From Chloroflexi bacterium 54-19 (GTDB lineage: Bacteria > Chloroflexota > Chloroflexia > Chloroheliales > Chloroheliaceae), in the NCBI GenBank assembly GCA_001898225.1, contig MKTJ01000034.1, positions 13,871 through 77,870 on the forward strand: DNA of 64,000 bases, written 5' to 3'. Positions within the stretch are counted from its first letter, which is position 1. Every line of letters starts with the position of its first letter. The translations under genes were made by a program, and so were the position numbers. Below, piece after piece: positions 8,338 through 17,576 of the stretch. The notes beneath the pieces were generated by a model. That model made no database searches. It was given only the letters and a program-made list of their open reading frames with translations, and was not told where the DNA came from.

Positions 8338-9378
8338 TTAGGGTTCACCGATGGCGTAAAGGGTCCCGTCATTTGCCCCGACACAAATTATCCCGCCGGG
8401 GCCGATAACCGGGTTAGAGCTAAGCTCGTTCCTGGTGTCAAAAGTCCATTTTTCGGTGCCGTCCGGGTTAAGCGCGTATAAGATACCCTGTTCGGAAGTG
8501 AAATAAAGGATACCGTCAGAGGTGAGGCCGGGGCTGGAAAAGATGCCGCTACCGGCCTGGAAAGCCCATTCCTTGTGACCGGACGAGTTTAGCGCGTATA
8601 AATTGCCATCGTCCGAACCGAAATAAAGCATATTGTCCTGGCTCAGGGCGGGTCCGGCGTGAATAACTCCACCAGCTTTGAAAGACCAGCGCAAATTGCC
8701 CCTGTTATCCAGGGCGTACAGAGTGCCGTCTTCCGAAGCCGCGTGAATAGTGCCGTCCAAACCTACGGCAATAGGACCAAAAATGCTACCCTGGGCCTTA
8801 TAACTCCATAACTGGTTGCCTTCTAAATCCAGGGCATAAATTTGGCCGTCCGAGGAACCAAAATATAAGATTTGACTGTTGATGCTGAGTGCCGGACTGT
8901 TATAAACTTCGCCTGGTATGGGGAAACTCCATAGCAAAGAACCATTTGTATCAAGCGTGTAAAGTTTATCGGCGCATAAATAAAGATAACCTTCACTGGT
9001 TACCGTTGGTGGCGTAGGTATGCCGTTTACCTCAAATACCCAGAGTTTCTTGCCAGTAGAGTTAAGCGCATAGAGAAGACCGTCATCGGTGGGTACATAA
9101 ATAAAGCTTTGCCGGTTAGCAAAGGTGACGCCGTGGCAGCAATTATTGGTCTTAAAGGACCATTTTTGGTTTCCGGTTAGCCCGTTGATGGCATAACAAC
9201 CGTCCTCGCTCCCAACGTAAATAGTGCCATATTCATTTATGGCGACTTCCTGAATCATTAAATCACTTACCTTTAATTTCCAGCGTAAGTGCGGTTTCGA
9301 AATACTGCGTTCCGAGCTTTGGCCGGAATGCTGGTTATCCCCACGAAATTGCGGCCAGGATTGTTCAGCAACCAACAT
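8338..9378 (-). CDS. PQQ-like (BamB/YVTN-type) beta-propeller repeat protein
   Basis: 346 aa of repeated ~40-aa units (G.LYALD..G...W.F). I see no obvious signal peptide. Confidence 0.7.
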   Translation of the reverse strand: MLVAEQSWPQFRGDNQHSGQSSERSISKPHLRWKLKVSDLMIQEVAINEYGTIYVGSEDGCYAINGLTGNQKWSFKTNNCCHGVTFANRQSFIYVPTDDGLLYALNSTGKKLWVFEVNGIPTPPTVTSEGYLYLCADKLYTLDTNGSLLWSFPIPGEVYNSPALSINSQILYFGSSDGQIYALDLEGNQLWSYKAQGSIFGPIAVGLDGTIHAASEDGTLYALDNRGNLRWSFKAGGVIHAGPALSQDNMLYFGSDDGNLYALNSSGHKEWAFQAGSGIFSSPGLTSDGILYFTSEQGILYALNPDGTEKWTFDTRNELSSNPVIGPGGIICVGANDGTLYAIGEP

Positions 9379-9385
9379 TTTCCCT

Positions 9386-11266
9386 TTATTCTAACCAGCC
9401 CTTATCCTTAAGCAATTTATTCCCAAGCAAGCCTAAAAGGACCTCGTAGCTGGTGCCTTTGTTTTCGGGATGGTATTCGAAGCGGTTGCGCTCGAAATAT
9501 TGCACCGTGTAGGTTTTGCCGTCTTCGGGGTTGACCTCGTCGAATTCCTCGGAAATGGGGTAGCCGTAAATCGCCAGCCCACCGTTCGCCTCCCAGTAAG
9601 ACTTGAACCCGGCACTCAGGTTGTGCCCGGTCTGCGCGAAGAATTGACCGCCAGGATAATTCCGGTTTTCGGTTGGGACAAAGGCCGGGGTTCCGGCGTC
9701 GCGCTGTTTGGCGGTTAGCTGATTGCCCAGCAGCCCAAGTTGGACCTCATAAGGCGTCCCCTTGTTTTCGGGGTGATACTCGAAGCGATTGCGCTCGAAA
9801 TACTGGACCGTGTAGAGTTTCCCGTCTGCCGCATTTATCTCGCGAAAGGGCTCGGTCCGGGGAAAGCCGAACTGGGCTAACCCGCCGTGAGCCTGCCAGT
9901 AGGCGCGGAAGCTTCCGCCCAGGTTATGCCCAGTTTCGGGGAAAAAGAGACTACCGTCCGAACGGTCAGGCGGCACATTTGCCAGTAAAGCCTTCCCGGT
10001 TTGGCCGATTTCGAGCGAATATAACTTGCGGGTCTTGATGCCGATAAGGGTCAGGGGCGCATAGGGGCTGATTTTAAGGTCTGGCATGTTCTTGACCAGG
10101 GTTTGCCAGGTCATACCACCATCACCGGAATAATAAATATCCCCGGTGCCGTCCGTAAACTCCATAAAAAGGTTGGCAGGGGCCCAATCGACTTGCAGCA
10201 GCGTGACCGGCCTGCCGAATTCATCTTTAAGGCTTAGCGGGTCGTTGACCAGGCCGGATGGTACGGGTAACGGTTGCCAGGTCTTGCCCCAGTCGGTCGA
10301 GCGGTCAATCGCCAGGACGCGGGAATAGCGGTTGCTTATCCTTAGAAAACTCTGCCCGGTAAAGAAAAACTTGCGGTTGTCAGGGCTAGGTTTTTGATAG
10401 TTGAGGTTGTTTTGCTCAAGCTGGACAAAGTTGCGCCCACCGTCGCTCGAAAGTAGGGTAGTGGTCTGGTAAGTCCCGGTCGATTTGAGGGTGACATAAA
10501 GGAGCAAGGCGTCCACCGGGGCAGCCTGGCCTAGCCCGGCCTGGATTACCAGCGAGGTTGTATTCGAATAGTTGGCCTGGTAGCGTTTTTCCCAGGTTTG
10601 AGCGGCGTTGGGCGAGAAAAAGAGGGCATAGGTATCCTCGGTGGCCGAGAATTTAGTCTTGACCAGGGCATAAACTGAACGGGCATCCTTCTGGCTGGCG
10701 CTGACCACTAAAATGCCGGGGCCTAACGCCTGGCCGCGCTCCTGCCAGTCGAAGCCGCCGTTCGTGCTGGCAAACAGTTTTTTGCTGGCGATAGCGTAGA
10801 CAAGGTCGCTGCTGTCATTGCTGATTTCGTCGGGGGTATAGAGAATAGTCTGGCCGTCCGGCGTCAGGCTGGTAAACTGGGCCGCTCCTTCGGTCCCTTT
10901 GGCGTTGGCGTAGAGCCGCCCGTTGCTTTCATTGCACAGGCTGAAGGGATTCTGGTTTAGCTGGGTGCGCTGGCCGGATAGCCAGTCGTAGGAGTAGGTC
11001 CCGGCGGGCAAATCGTTGGAGCCCTTGCTGGCAGCCAAAAGTTTGCCGGGCTGGAGTCCATCGAAACAGGTCAGGGGTGAACCGGTCGGGAGACTGAGGT
11101 TAGTATCCTTCCAGCTAAGAGTTTCGCTGGTGTCGCTGGCGGCTAACGCGGTCGGGGGTGACGTAAAACTGGTAAAGATAGTTAAGAGAGGAAGCAGCAA
11201 GGTGTAAACGGCAAAAGTCAATCCCGGCTTTTTAAGAAGTGTGCGCACCCGGCAGGCTCCCTCCAC
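9386..11266 (-). CDS. Secreted BNR/Asp-box beta-propeller protein with two C-terminal ~75-aa repeat modules
   Basis: A signal peptide is present (...PPTALAAS). There are five Asp-box-like motifs (STNGGFDW, SPNAAQTW, SSDGGRNF, STDWGKTW, SGDGGMTW). The C-terminus carries two copies of F.(E/Q)TGHNL..(F)..YW...GGL...G(Y/F)P....F.E....DGK.YTVQYFERNRFEYHPENKGT.YEV.LGLLG. Confidence 0.75.
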   Translation of the reverse strand: MEGACRVRTLLKKPGLTFAVYTLLLPLLTIFTSFTSPPTALAASDTSETLSWKDTNLSLPTGSPLTCFDGLQPGKLLAASKGSNDLPAGTYSYDWLSGQRTQLNQNPFSLCNESNGRLYANAKGTEGAAQFTSLTPDGQTILYTPDEISNDSSDLVYAIASKKLFASTNGGFDWQERGQALGPGILVVSASQKDARSVYALVKTKFSATEDTYALFFSPNAAQTWEKRYQANYSNTTSLVIQAGLGQAAPVDALLLYVTLKSTGTYQTTTLLSSDGGRNFVQLEQNNLNYQKPSPDNRKFFFTGQSFLRISNRYSRVLAIDRSTDWGKTWQPLPVPSGLVNDPLSLKDEFGRPVTLLQVDWAPANLFMEFTDGTGDIYYSGDGGMTWQTLVKNMPDLKISPYAPLTLIGIKTRKLYSLEIGQTGKALLANVPPDRSDGSLFFPETGHNLGGSFRAYWQAHGGLAQFGFPRTEPFREINAADGKLYTVQYFERNRFEYHPENKGTPYEVQLGLLGNQLTAKQRDAGTPAFVPTENRNYPGGQFFAQTGHNLSAGFKSYWEANGGLAIYGYPISEEFDEVNPEDGKTYTVQYFERNRFEYHPENKGTSYEVLLGLLGNKLLKDKGWLE

Positions 11267-11285
11267 TTAAAGGCTAATAAACTCG

Positions 11286-11981
11286 TTATTTCAGGTGGTC
11301 TTTGAGGAACTGGACCGCTTTCGGCCAGGCTACTTTGGCCGATGCTTCGTCGCCCATACCGTGGTCGGGGTTGATAAAGGCGTGCCCGGCGTCGTACACG
11401 TCGACGGTAATATCTTTCCCGGCGTCTTTATAGAACTTTTCGATTTTGGCGATTTGCTCCGGGGGGACCGAGGCGTCTTTCGAGCCGTAAGTAGCCAGGA
11501 CCGGGGCATTGACCTTGGCGACATCTTCGGGTGTCGGGTCGTAACCGGCCCCGTAGAAGGTGGCTACCGCGCCGAGGTCGCTATAACGCGAGGCGACGGT
11601 CCAGGCCAGGAAGCCGCCCACGCAAAAGCCCATGATGCCGAGCTTCTTAGGGTTGACGCTGGGGTTTGTTTTGAGGGTTTCGAGCGCGCCCACGATTTCG
11701 GACACGGCCTTATCGACGTTTTGGACCAGCATCATAACCGCCTTTTGGGCATCGTTCGGCTCGGTCGCTACCTGGCCGTGATAGAGGTCAGGTACGGCTA
11801 CCACGAAACCGTCGGCGGCAAGTTTCTGGGCCAGGTCAATAATGTGCGCTTCGATGCCCCACCATTCCTGGATAAGGACCATACCGGGGTGAGTGTTGTC
11901 GTCGTCGGGCTGGGCCACAAAAGCGTAAGCGCCGCTGCCGTTTACTTTCAGGTCAACTTTGGAGGTACGAATTACCGCCAT
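11286..11981 (-). CDS. Dienelactone hydrolase family protein
   Basis: 231 aa. It has the nucleophile elbow GFCVGG, HPGMVLIQEWWG and the C-terminal GAGHAF typical of the DLH family. Confidence 0.8.
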   Translation of the reverse strand: MAVIRTSKVDLKVNGSGAYAFVAQPDDDNTHPGMVLIQEWWGIEAHIIDLAQKLAADGFVVAVPDLYHGQVATEPNDAQKAVMMLVQNVDKAVSEIVGALETLKTNPSVNPKKLGIMGFCVGGFLAWTVASRYSDLGAVATFYGAGYDPTPEDVAKVNAPVLATYGSKDASVPPEQIAKIEKFYKDAGKDITVDVYDAGHAFINPDHGMGDEASAKVAWPKAVQFLKDHLK

Positions 11982-12199
11982 GCTAATTTCCTTTCATTTC
12001 AATTTTTCGTCTATTGTTATTGGGCTATGCGATTTCTACTATAGCCAAACGCAGGTTGAAAGGTCAAATAAATGGGCGGTTTCAAATTTATAGAGGCCGG
12101 TTTAGAGCAGAACCTTAACAGAATTGACAACTTATACCTACTATTGTATAGTAACCATATAATAGTAAGTTGTTAACCGGAACAAGGAGTAAGTTTTTA

Positions 12200-12655
12200 A
12201 TGATTCATCATATTTCAATTCCAGCCGAAAATCCCCGGCAAGTGGTCGAAGTTTTAGCAAGGTTACTGAATGGTCGTATAACCGGTTTCGGACCCTATGG
12301 TAATTCTTTTATTGCCTGGGCCGGCGACGAGGTAGGGACAGCTATCGAAGTCTACCCGTCCGGGACCGAACTATTCCCCGACCAGGGTGAGGGCCAGGCT
12401 AATTTCCGGCACAACCCGGTCAGCAGCGGATTTACCGCGACCCATGCTACTATTTCGGTGAAACTGACTATTGGTGAAATCCTGGACCTGGCAAAAAAGG
12501 CCGGTTGGCGAGCAATTCAATTGTCGCGTGGGCCTCATGATGTAATTGAATTTTGGATAGAAAACCGGGTCATGCTGGAAGTAATGACTAAAGAGATGGC
12601 CGAAGATTATTTAAAATCGGTCGGGGGAAATCGTGCTATCCTTGAAACCCTCTAA
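12200..12655 (+). CDS. Glyoxalase/VOC-like small protein
   Basis: ATG at 12200 is preceded by AAGGAG at ~10 nt. The ORF track start at 12170 has no RBS. The N-terminus MIHHISIPAENP resembles the metal-binding start of the VOC fold. Confidence 0.55.
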   Translation: MIHHISIPAENPRQVVEVLARLLNGRITGFGPYGNSFIAWAGDEVGTAIEVYPSGTELFPDQGEGQANFRHNPVSSGFTATHATISVKLTIGEILDLAKKAGWRAIQLSRGPHDVIEFWIENRVMLEVMTKEMAEDYLKSVGGNRAILETL

Positions 12656-12750
12656 AAGCCACTAATTACAGAGGTTGCGAAAAGTAGCTTCTGATGATTT
12701 ATCCAAACCGTTGTAACCAGGATAAATCATCAGAAGTATTTTTATGCTGG

Positions 12751-15700
12751 CTACCTGGCGCTGCCCATTGCCTCGCGGTCGATAGTGGAATAATACTTGG
12801 CGTCGGGGTGATGCACCACCAGGGCGGCGGTAGACTGCTCCGGGTCAAGCTGATGCGCCTCGGTGATTGTAACGCCGATTTCGTCAGCGACCGGCATCAA
12901 CTCGAACAGCTTTTGCTGATCTTCCAGGTCGGGACAGGCCGGGTAGCCCCAGCTATACCGCTTTCCCTGGTGTTCTTCCATCCCCAACTCCTGCCGGATG
13001 CGGTTGTGGACGTAGTCGGCGGCGGCTTCGGCCAGGCTGCTGGCGAGGCCGTGGACGAAATAGGCCCGGCTGTAGTCCCCGGCCTTGTTGAGTTTTTCGC
13101 AATACTCGCTGGCACTCTGTCCTGCCGTTACGACCTGCAAAGGCAGCACGTCAGGCCGGTTATCGGGCCAGTCCTGGGCGAAGTAGTCGGCCAGGCAGAG
13201 TTTCTCGCCGCCCGGTTGGCGCGGGAAACTAAAGGTTGTAAGGACAGTGTTGAGCTGGTCCGGGTTATGGACTGCCAGCAGCCCCTCGTTCGAGCCCGGC
13301 ACCACCGGCACCGCCTTGACCGGGAAGTAGCCGTAGATGGCCTTGGGCGTTAGAAAACCCTCGGTCTCGGCATCCTGGCGGAGTTGGGCCAGTAAAGGCT
13401 CGAATTCTTCTTTCACCAGGCGGTCGTACTCACCGGGGCCGCGTTTTTTGTCGCTACCGCCGCCCCAGTGGAGCCGGAACAGTGTATTCTTGTCGAGCAA
13501 GGCGAAAAGCTCGTCCAGCGGCAATTTATCTAGCGTTTTGAAGCCCCAGAACGGAACCTGCGGGATAGCGGCGTCGGGCACGCCGCTCGGCCTTTTCGAG
13601 CCGTTAGCCTCGGCCAGGCTGGCCGTTTCGGCGGCGATACGGGCCTGGGTCGCCGCGATTTTAGCGTCGCGTTCGGCCTGGCGGGTCAGGGCGTTATAGG
13701 CGTCTTCCAGGTTCTGCCTGGCGTAATTCTCGCGGGCCTCGGTGTCGGTCAGTTTGTCCATGACCGCCAGCCCTTCGAAGGCGTCTTTACAGTAAAAGAC
13801 CCCGCCGTCATAGGGGTGGTTGGTGTCGGCATCCACGAAAGCGGTGCGGTAGCCGTAGGGCCGGTTGATGGCCGCGCCGCCGATGAGGACCGGGAATTTC
13901 AGGCCGCGCTGGTCCAATTCTTTCACGCACAACGGCATCTGCTTGGATGTGCTGACCAGCAGGGCCGAGAGACCAATCGCGTCCGCCCCAACCTCAACCG
14001 CCTTTTCAATGATAGTATTGACCGGGACCTGTTTGCCCAGGTCGTAGACGGTGTAGCCGTTGTTGGTCAGGATGGTATTGACCAGGCTCTTGCCGATGTC
14101 GTGGACGTCGCCAAAGACGGTTGCCAGCACTACCTTGCCCTTGGTGTAGCCTTCCTTCTTTTCCAGGTAAATCTCCACCTGGGCCACCGCCTTTTTCATT
14201 ACCTCGGCGGATTGCAGCACGAACGGCAAAATCAGTTCGCCCGCCCCGAATTTGTCGCCTACCTCTTTCATGGCCGGGAGCAATACCTCGTTGAGGGTCG
14301 GGACCGCGCCCCGGTTGGCAACTTCGAGGTCAATCAACGCCTCAATGCCTTCTTTTTTGCGGTGGACAATCTGGTAATGAATCTTCTCGGCAGGAGTCAT
14401 CCCGGCGGTAGCGTCCTCGGCCTCCTGTTTTTGCCCGGCCCCGGAGTTCTGCTCGAAATACTCGATAAAGCGGGGTAGCGCCTGGACATCGGTGTTGAAA
14501 ATCAGGTCGTTGGCGAGTTTGCGCTGTTCTTCCGGGATTTCGGCGTAAGGCGTGATATGGGCGGCGTTCACAATCGCCATATCGAGCCCCGCCTGGACCG
14601 CGTGGTGCAAAAAGACCGAGTTGAGGACGGCCCGCGCCCGTGGCGTTACTCCGAACGACACGTTGCTGACCCCCAGGATGGTCAGACATTCCGGCAGCGC
14701 CTGTTTGACCAGGCGGATACCTTCGAGGGTTGCCGCGGCGTCCTCGCGCAGGTCTTCCTGGCCGGTCGTGACCGGGAAGGTCAGCACGTCGAAAATCAGG
14801 TCGTGGTCGGGCAGGTTGTACTCGTTATGGACAATCTCGCGGATACGCCTTGCGACTTCCAGTTTGTGGGCGGCGGTGTGGGCCATGCCGACCTCGTCAA
14901 TGGTCAGGGCGATGACCGCCGCGCCGTGTTCGCGCACCACCGGCAGGACCGAGTCAATCCGTTCGCGGCCCCGCTCCATGTTTATCGAGTTGATAATCAC
15001 CCGGCCCGGCGCGGCCTTGAGGGCCTCGGCAATTACGTTGGCTTCGGTCGAGTCAATCACAAGGGGTGCATCAATCGAGGTTGAGAGCTTCTTGATGGTC
15101 TGCCACATCTGTTTGGCTTCGTCGGGGCGTTCGGTCAGGGCCACCTGCACGTCGAGGGTGTGGGCCCCACCGTCCACCTGTTCGCGGGCGATATTCATCA
15201 GCCCTTCGTAGTCGTCGGCCAGGAGCATCTTCTTGGCTTTTTTGCTCCCCTGGGCGTTGACCCTTTCGCCGACCAGCATCGGGGCCGGTTCCTGGCGCAT
15301 GGTGGTAGCCCGGATTCCGCTTGACAGCATTGGTTCGCTCTTGAACTCGCGTTCGGGCCGTTTCGCCCCTTTGACCGCTTCGACCACCTTGCGAATATGT
15401 TCGGGGGTGGTGCCGCAACAGCCGCCGACAATGTTCAGGCCGAGTTCGGCCACGAAACTGCGGTGGGCGTCGGCCAGGCCGTCCGGGGTCAGGGGGTAGA
15501 TCGCCTTGCCACCTTCGTTGAGGGGAAGCCCGGCGTTTGGCAGGCAACTTAACATAACGCTTGAATGTTCGGAGAGATAGCGGAGCGGTTCGCGCATCAG
15601 GTCGGGTCCGGTCGAGCAGTTGAGGCCGATAATATCGGCTTCGAGACTTTCGAGGGTGGTCATAACCGCCGCGATGTCGGTGCCGAGCAACATGGTACCG

Positions 15701-16356
15701 CTGGTATCAATGAGGGAGACCTGGGCCTGGATGGGCACCCAGCGTCCGAGGGCGTGCATGGCGGCCCGGCAGCCGAAGATGGCCGCTTTTACTTCCAGGA
15801 TGTCCTGGCTGGTCTCGATTAACAGCACGTCCGCGCCGCCATCCAGGAGAGCGGTCGCCTGCTCGGTAAAGACCTCGACCAGTTGGTCGAAACTGACGCT
15901 ACCCAGGACCGGGTCTTCGGTCGAGGGCAAAAACCCGGTTGGCCCAATTGAACCGGCCACGAAACGAGGCTGGGAGGGGTCGGCAGTGGTAAAGCGGTCG
16001 GCCACTTTGCGGGCGATTGCGGCGGCCTGTTTGTTTATTTCGTAGGTCTTTTCGCCCAGTTTGTATTCGTCGAGCTTTAGGCGGCTGGCCGTAAAGGTGT
16101 CGGTTTCGACTACATCCGCGCCGACTTCAAAATATTTAGAGTGGATTTCTTCGATAACGTCGGGCCGGGTCAGCACCAGGGCCTCGTTGCAGCCTTCGTA
16201 TTCGGCCCCGCCAAAATCGGCGGCGGTGAGTTCGTAGGTCTGGAGCAGGCTACCCATTGCGCCGTCATAAATCAGGACGCGTTTTTGGAGTTCCTGCCAG
16301 AAAAGGCTGTCAGTATAATTTTTAGTAATATTTTTTGTGTTTGAAGTCGTAGTCAC
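12751..16356 (-). CDS. metH: Cobalamin-dependent methionine synthase MetH (full length: Hcy, pterin, B12 and AdoMet-activation domains)
   Basis: About 1200 aa. It carries GLNCSTGP, GGCCGTTPEHI, the B12-binding DVHDIGK...GLS(A)LL motif and a C-terminal activation domain. The ORF extends to a TTG at 16365 that abuts the AAGGAG; GTG at 16356 has 9-nt spacing from it. Confidence 0.95.
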   Translation of the reverse strand: MTTTSNTKNITKNYTDSLFWQELQKRVLIYDGAMGSLLQTYELTAADFGGAEYEGCNEALVLTRPDVIEEIHSKYFEVGADVVETDTFTASRLKLDEYKLGEKTYEINKQAAAIARKVADRFTTADPSQPRFVAGSIGPTGFLPSTEDPVLGSVSFDQLVEVFTEQATALLDGGADVLLIETSQDILEVKAAIFGCRAAMHALGRWVPIQAQVSLIDTSGTMLLGTDIAAVMTTLESLEADIIGLNCSTGPDLMREPLRYLSEHSSVMLSCLPNAGLPLNEGGKAIYPLTPDGLADAHRSFVAELGLNIVGGCCGTTPEHIRKVVEAVKGAKRPEREFKSEPMLSSGIRATTMRQEPAPMLVGERVNAQGSKKAKKMLLADDYEGLMNIAREQVDGGAHTLDVQVALTERPDEAKQMWQTIKKLSTSIDAPLVIDSTEANVIAEALKAAPGRVIINSINMERGRERIDSVLPVVREHGAAVIALTIDEVGMAHTAAHKLEVARRIREIVHNEYNLPDHDLIFDVLTFPVTTGQEDLREDAAATLEGIRLVKQALPECLTILGVSNVSFGVTPRARAVLNSVFLHHAVQAGLDMAIVNAAHITPYAEIPEEQRKLANDLIFNTDVQALPRFIEYFEQNSGAGQKQEAEDATAGMTPAEKIHYQIVHRKKEGIEALIDLEVANRGAVPTLNEVLLPAMKEVGDKFGAGELILPFVLQSAEVMKKAVAQVEIYLEKKEGYTKGKVVLATVFGDVHDIGKSLVNTILTNNGYTVYDLGKQVPVNTIIEKAVEVGADAIGLSALLVSTSKQMPLCVKELDQRGLKFPVLIGGAAINRPYGYRTAFVDADTNHPYDGGVFYCKDAFEGLAVMDKLTDTEARENYARQNLEDAYNALTRQAERDAKIAATQARIAAETASLAEANGSKRPSGVPDAAIPQVPFWGFKTLDKLPLDELFALLDKNTLFRLHWGGGSDKKRGPGEYDRLVKEEFEPLLAQLRQDAETEGFLTPKAIYGYFPVKAVPVVPGSNEGLLAVHNPDQLNTVLTTFSFPRQPGGEKLCLADYFAQDWPDNRPDVLPLQVVTAGQSASEYCEKLNKAGDYSRAYFVHGLASSLAEAAADYVHNRIRQELGMEEHQGKRYSWGYPACPDLEDQQKLFELMPVADEIGVTITEAHQLDPEQSTAALVVHHPDAKYYSTIDREAMGSAR

Positions 16357-16464
16357 GTATCCCAACTCCTTGTCGGTTTGGTGGCCGAGAAAACCCCCGG
16401 TTGATTTCGCACTAAACTATTCGATCCAACGGGCGTAGCTCCGGCGAATGCCAATTTCTGGAAC

Positions 16465-16494
16465 TAAAAAAACCTTCCGGCAATTGGAAGGTTT
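16465..16494 (-). terminator. Intrinsic terminator forming the expression platform of the SAM-I riboswitch
   Basis: The minus strand reads AACCTTCC-AATTGCC-GGAAGGTT followed by TTTTTTT. It lies ~25 nt downstream of the aptamer and ~100 nt upstream of the metH start. Confidence 0.8.
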
Positions 16495-16519
16495 CCAGGT
16501 TCCCGCCGCCTAAACGGGC

Positions 16520-16611
16520 CTATCGTTCCCTGCCGGGCTGGAGAGCACCTTATCGCTTTTGACAGGTTGCTAGAGGTTCAGCGGGCCAGTTCCCTCACCT
16601 CTTCTTGATAG
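16520..16611 (-). promoter_or_regulatory. SAM-I (S-box) riboswitch aptamer in the metH leader
   Basis: The minus strand reads CUAUCAAGAAGAGGUGAGGGAACUGGCCCGCUGAACCUCUAGCAACC...AGGUGCUCUCCAGCCCGGCAGGGAACGAUAG. This follows the S-box consensus almost position for position (cUUAUCAAGAGaGGuGGAGGGAcUGGCCCgaUGAAaCC..GCAACC...GGUGCcAAuuCC...GAUAAG), including the closing P1 CUAUC/GAUAG. Confidence 0.9.
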
Positions 16612-16653
16612 TTTGCTATTCTATTGTACAAGCAATGATTGCCTGTAAAGGCA

Positions 16654-16682
16654 ATTGTACCACGCCGGGGCCTGGCGGTCAA
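16654..16682 (-). promoter_or_regulatory. Candidate sigma70-type promoter for the riboswitch-metH transcript
   Basis: The minus strand reads TTGACC-N17-TACAAT. A second TACAAT at 16623-16628 lies closer to P1 with a weaker -35 (TTTACA at 15-nt spacing), so the exact start site is uncertain. Confidence 0.35.
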
Positions 16683-16865
16683 TTTTGTTCTGGGGAGTGA
16701 AAATGGTATAATTGTTAAATCATGATTTTCTGTTTGGGCCTGGGAAATTAAGGAATCTCCTTAAAAATAAAAAGGTGTTTCAAGCGAAATTCTAAAAAAC
16801 TGGTAACGTCGAAATTTGGGTTGTTTGGTAAACCTGTTTGGTTGAACTTAGTAGAAGGACAAATT

Positions 16866-17573
16866 ATGGCCGGACCGTTGATACTGGTAATAGATGACGA
16901 GACTAATATCTCCGACCTGGCGAAAATGTACCTGTCCAAAGAAGGTTTTGACGTTATTACCGCCGATGATGGCTACGAAGGGCTGCGGATGTTCCGCACC
17001 CGCAAGCCGACCCTGATTGTCCTTGACCTGATGTTGCCGGGAGTGGATGGCCTCGAAATCTGCCGCCAGGTCCGCCGCGAAAGCGGTATCCCTATCATTA
17101 TGCTCACCGCCCGTGGCGACGATATAGACCGGATTGTCGGGCTCGAAATTGGGGCTGACGACTACCTGACCAAGCCTTTTAACCCCCGCGAACTGGTGGC
17201 CCGTGTCAAAGCGGTCTTGCGGCGTTACAACCCGAATTCGACCCTGGATAACGAGAAGGTTGCCGCCCAGGACAGGGAGCGGATTGTCTTTGGCGACCTG
17301 ACGATTGACCTCAAACAACGCACCGTCCAGGTAGGGGACCGCCAGGTAGATTTGCGGGCCAAGGAGTTCGACTTGCTGGCGACTTTTGCCCAGAGCCCGA
17401 ACGCGGTTTTTGACCGGGAAAAGCTTCTAAACCAGGTCTGGGGTTACGATTATTACGGCGACACCCGCACGATAGATGTCCACGTCACTCACCTGCGCGA
17501 GAAGTTGGAAGGTAGCCGGGTCAAAATCCAGACTGTCTGGGGTGTCGGCTATAAGCTGGTCGAAGGGGCCTAG
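16866..17573 (+). CDS. OmpR/PhoB-family response regulator
   Basis: The receiver domain has ILVIDDE...DLMLPG..G...TA(R)...KPF, followed by a winged-helix output domain (...TVWGVGYKL). ATG at 16866 has GAAGGA 6 nt upstream. The track start at 16821 adds 15 unlikely residues. Confidence 0.9.
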   Translation: MAGPLILVIDDETNISDLAKMYLSKEGFDVITADDGYEGLRMFRTRKPTLIVLDLMLPGVDGLEICRQVRRESGIPIIMLTARGDDIDRIVGLEIGADDYLTKPFNPRELVARVKAVLRRYNPNSTLDNEKVAAQDRERIVFGDLTIDLKQRTVQVGDRQVDLRAKEFDLLATFAQSPNAVFDREKLLNQVWGYDYYGDTRTIDVHVTHLREKLEGSRVKIQTVWGVGYKLVEGA

Positions 17574-17576
17574 GCG

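Noticed and set aside
12694-16344. Several long ORFs antisense to or out of frame with metH (for example 12694-13353, 13816-14478, 14552-15211 and 15071-15547).
   Set aside because: They lie entirely within a gene whose product matches MetH end to end. Their translations are Arg/Gly/Pro-rich low-complexity strings, as expected from alternative frames of GC-rich coding DNA.
16366-16620. A cobalamin (B12) riboswitch was expected upstream of a methionine-synthase gene.
   Set aside because: No B12-box-like sequence was seen. The leader instead matches the SAM-I consensus closely.
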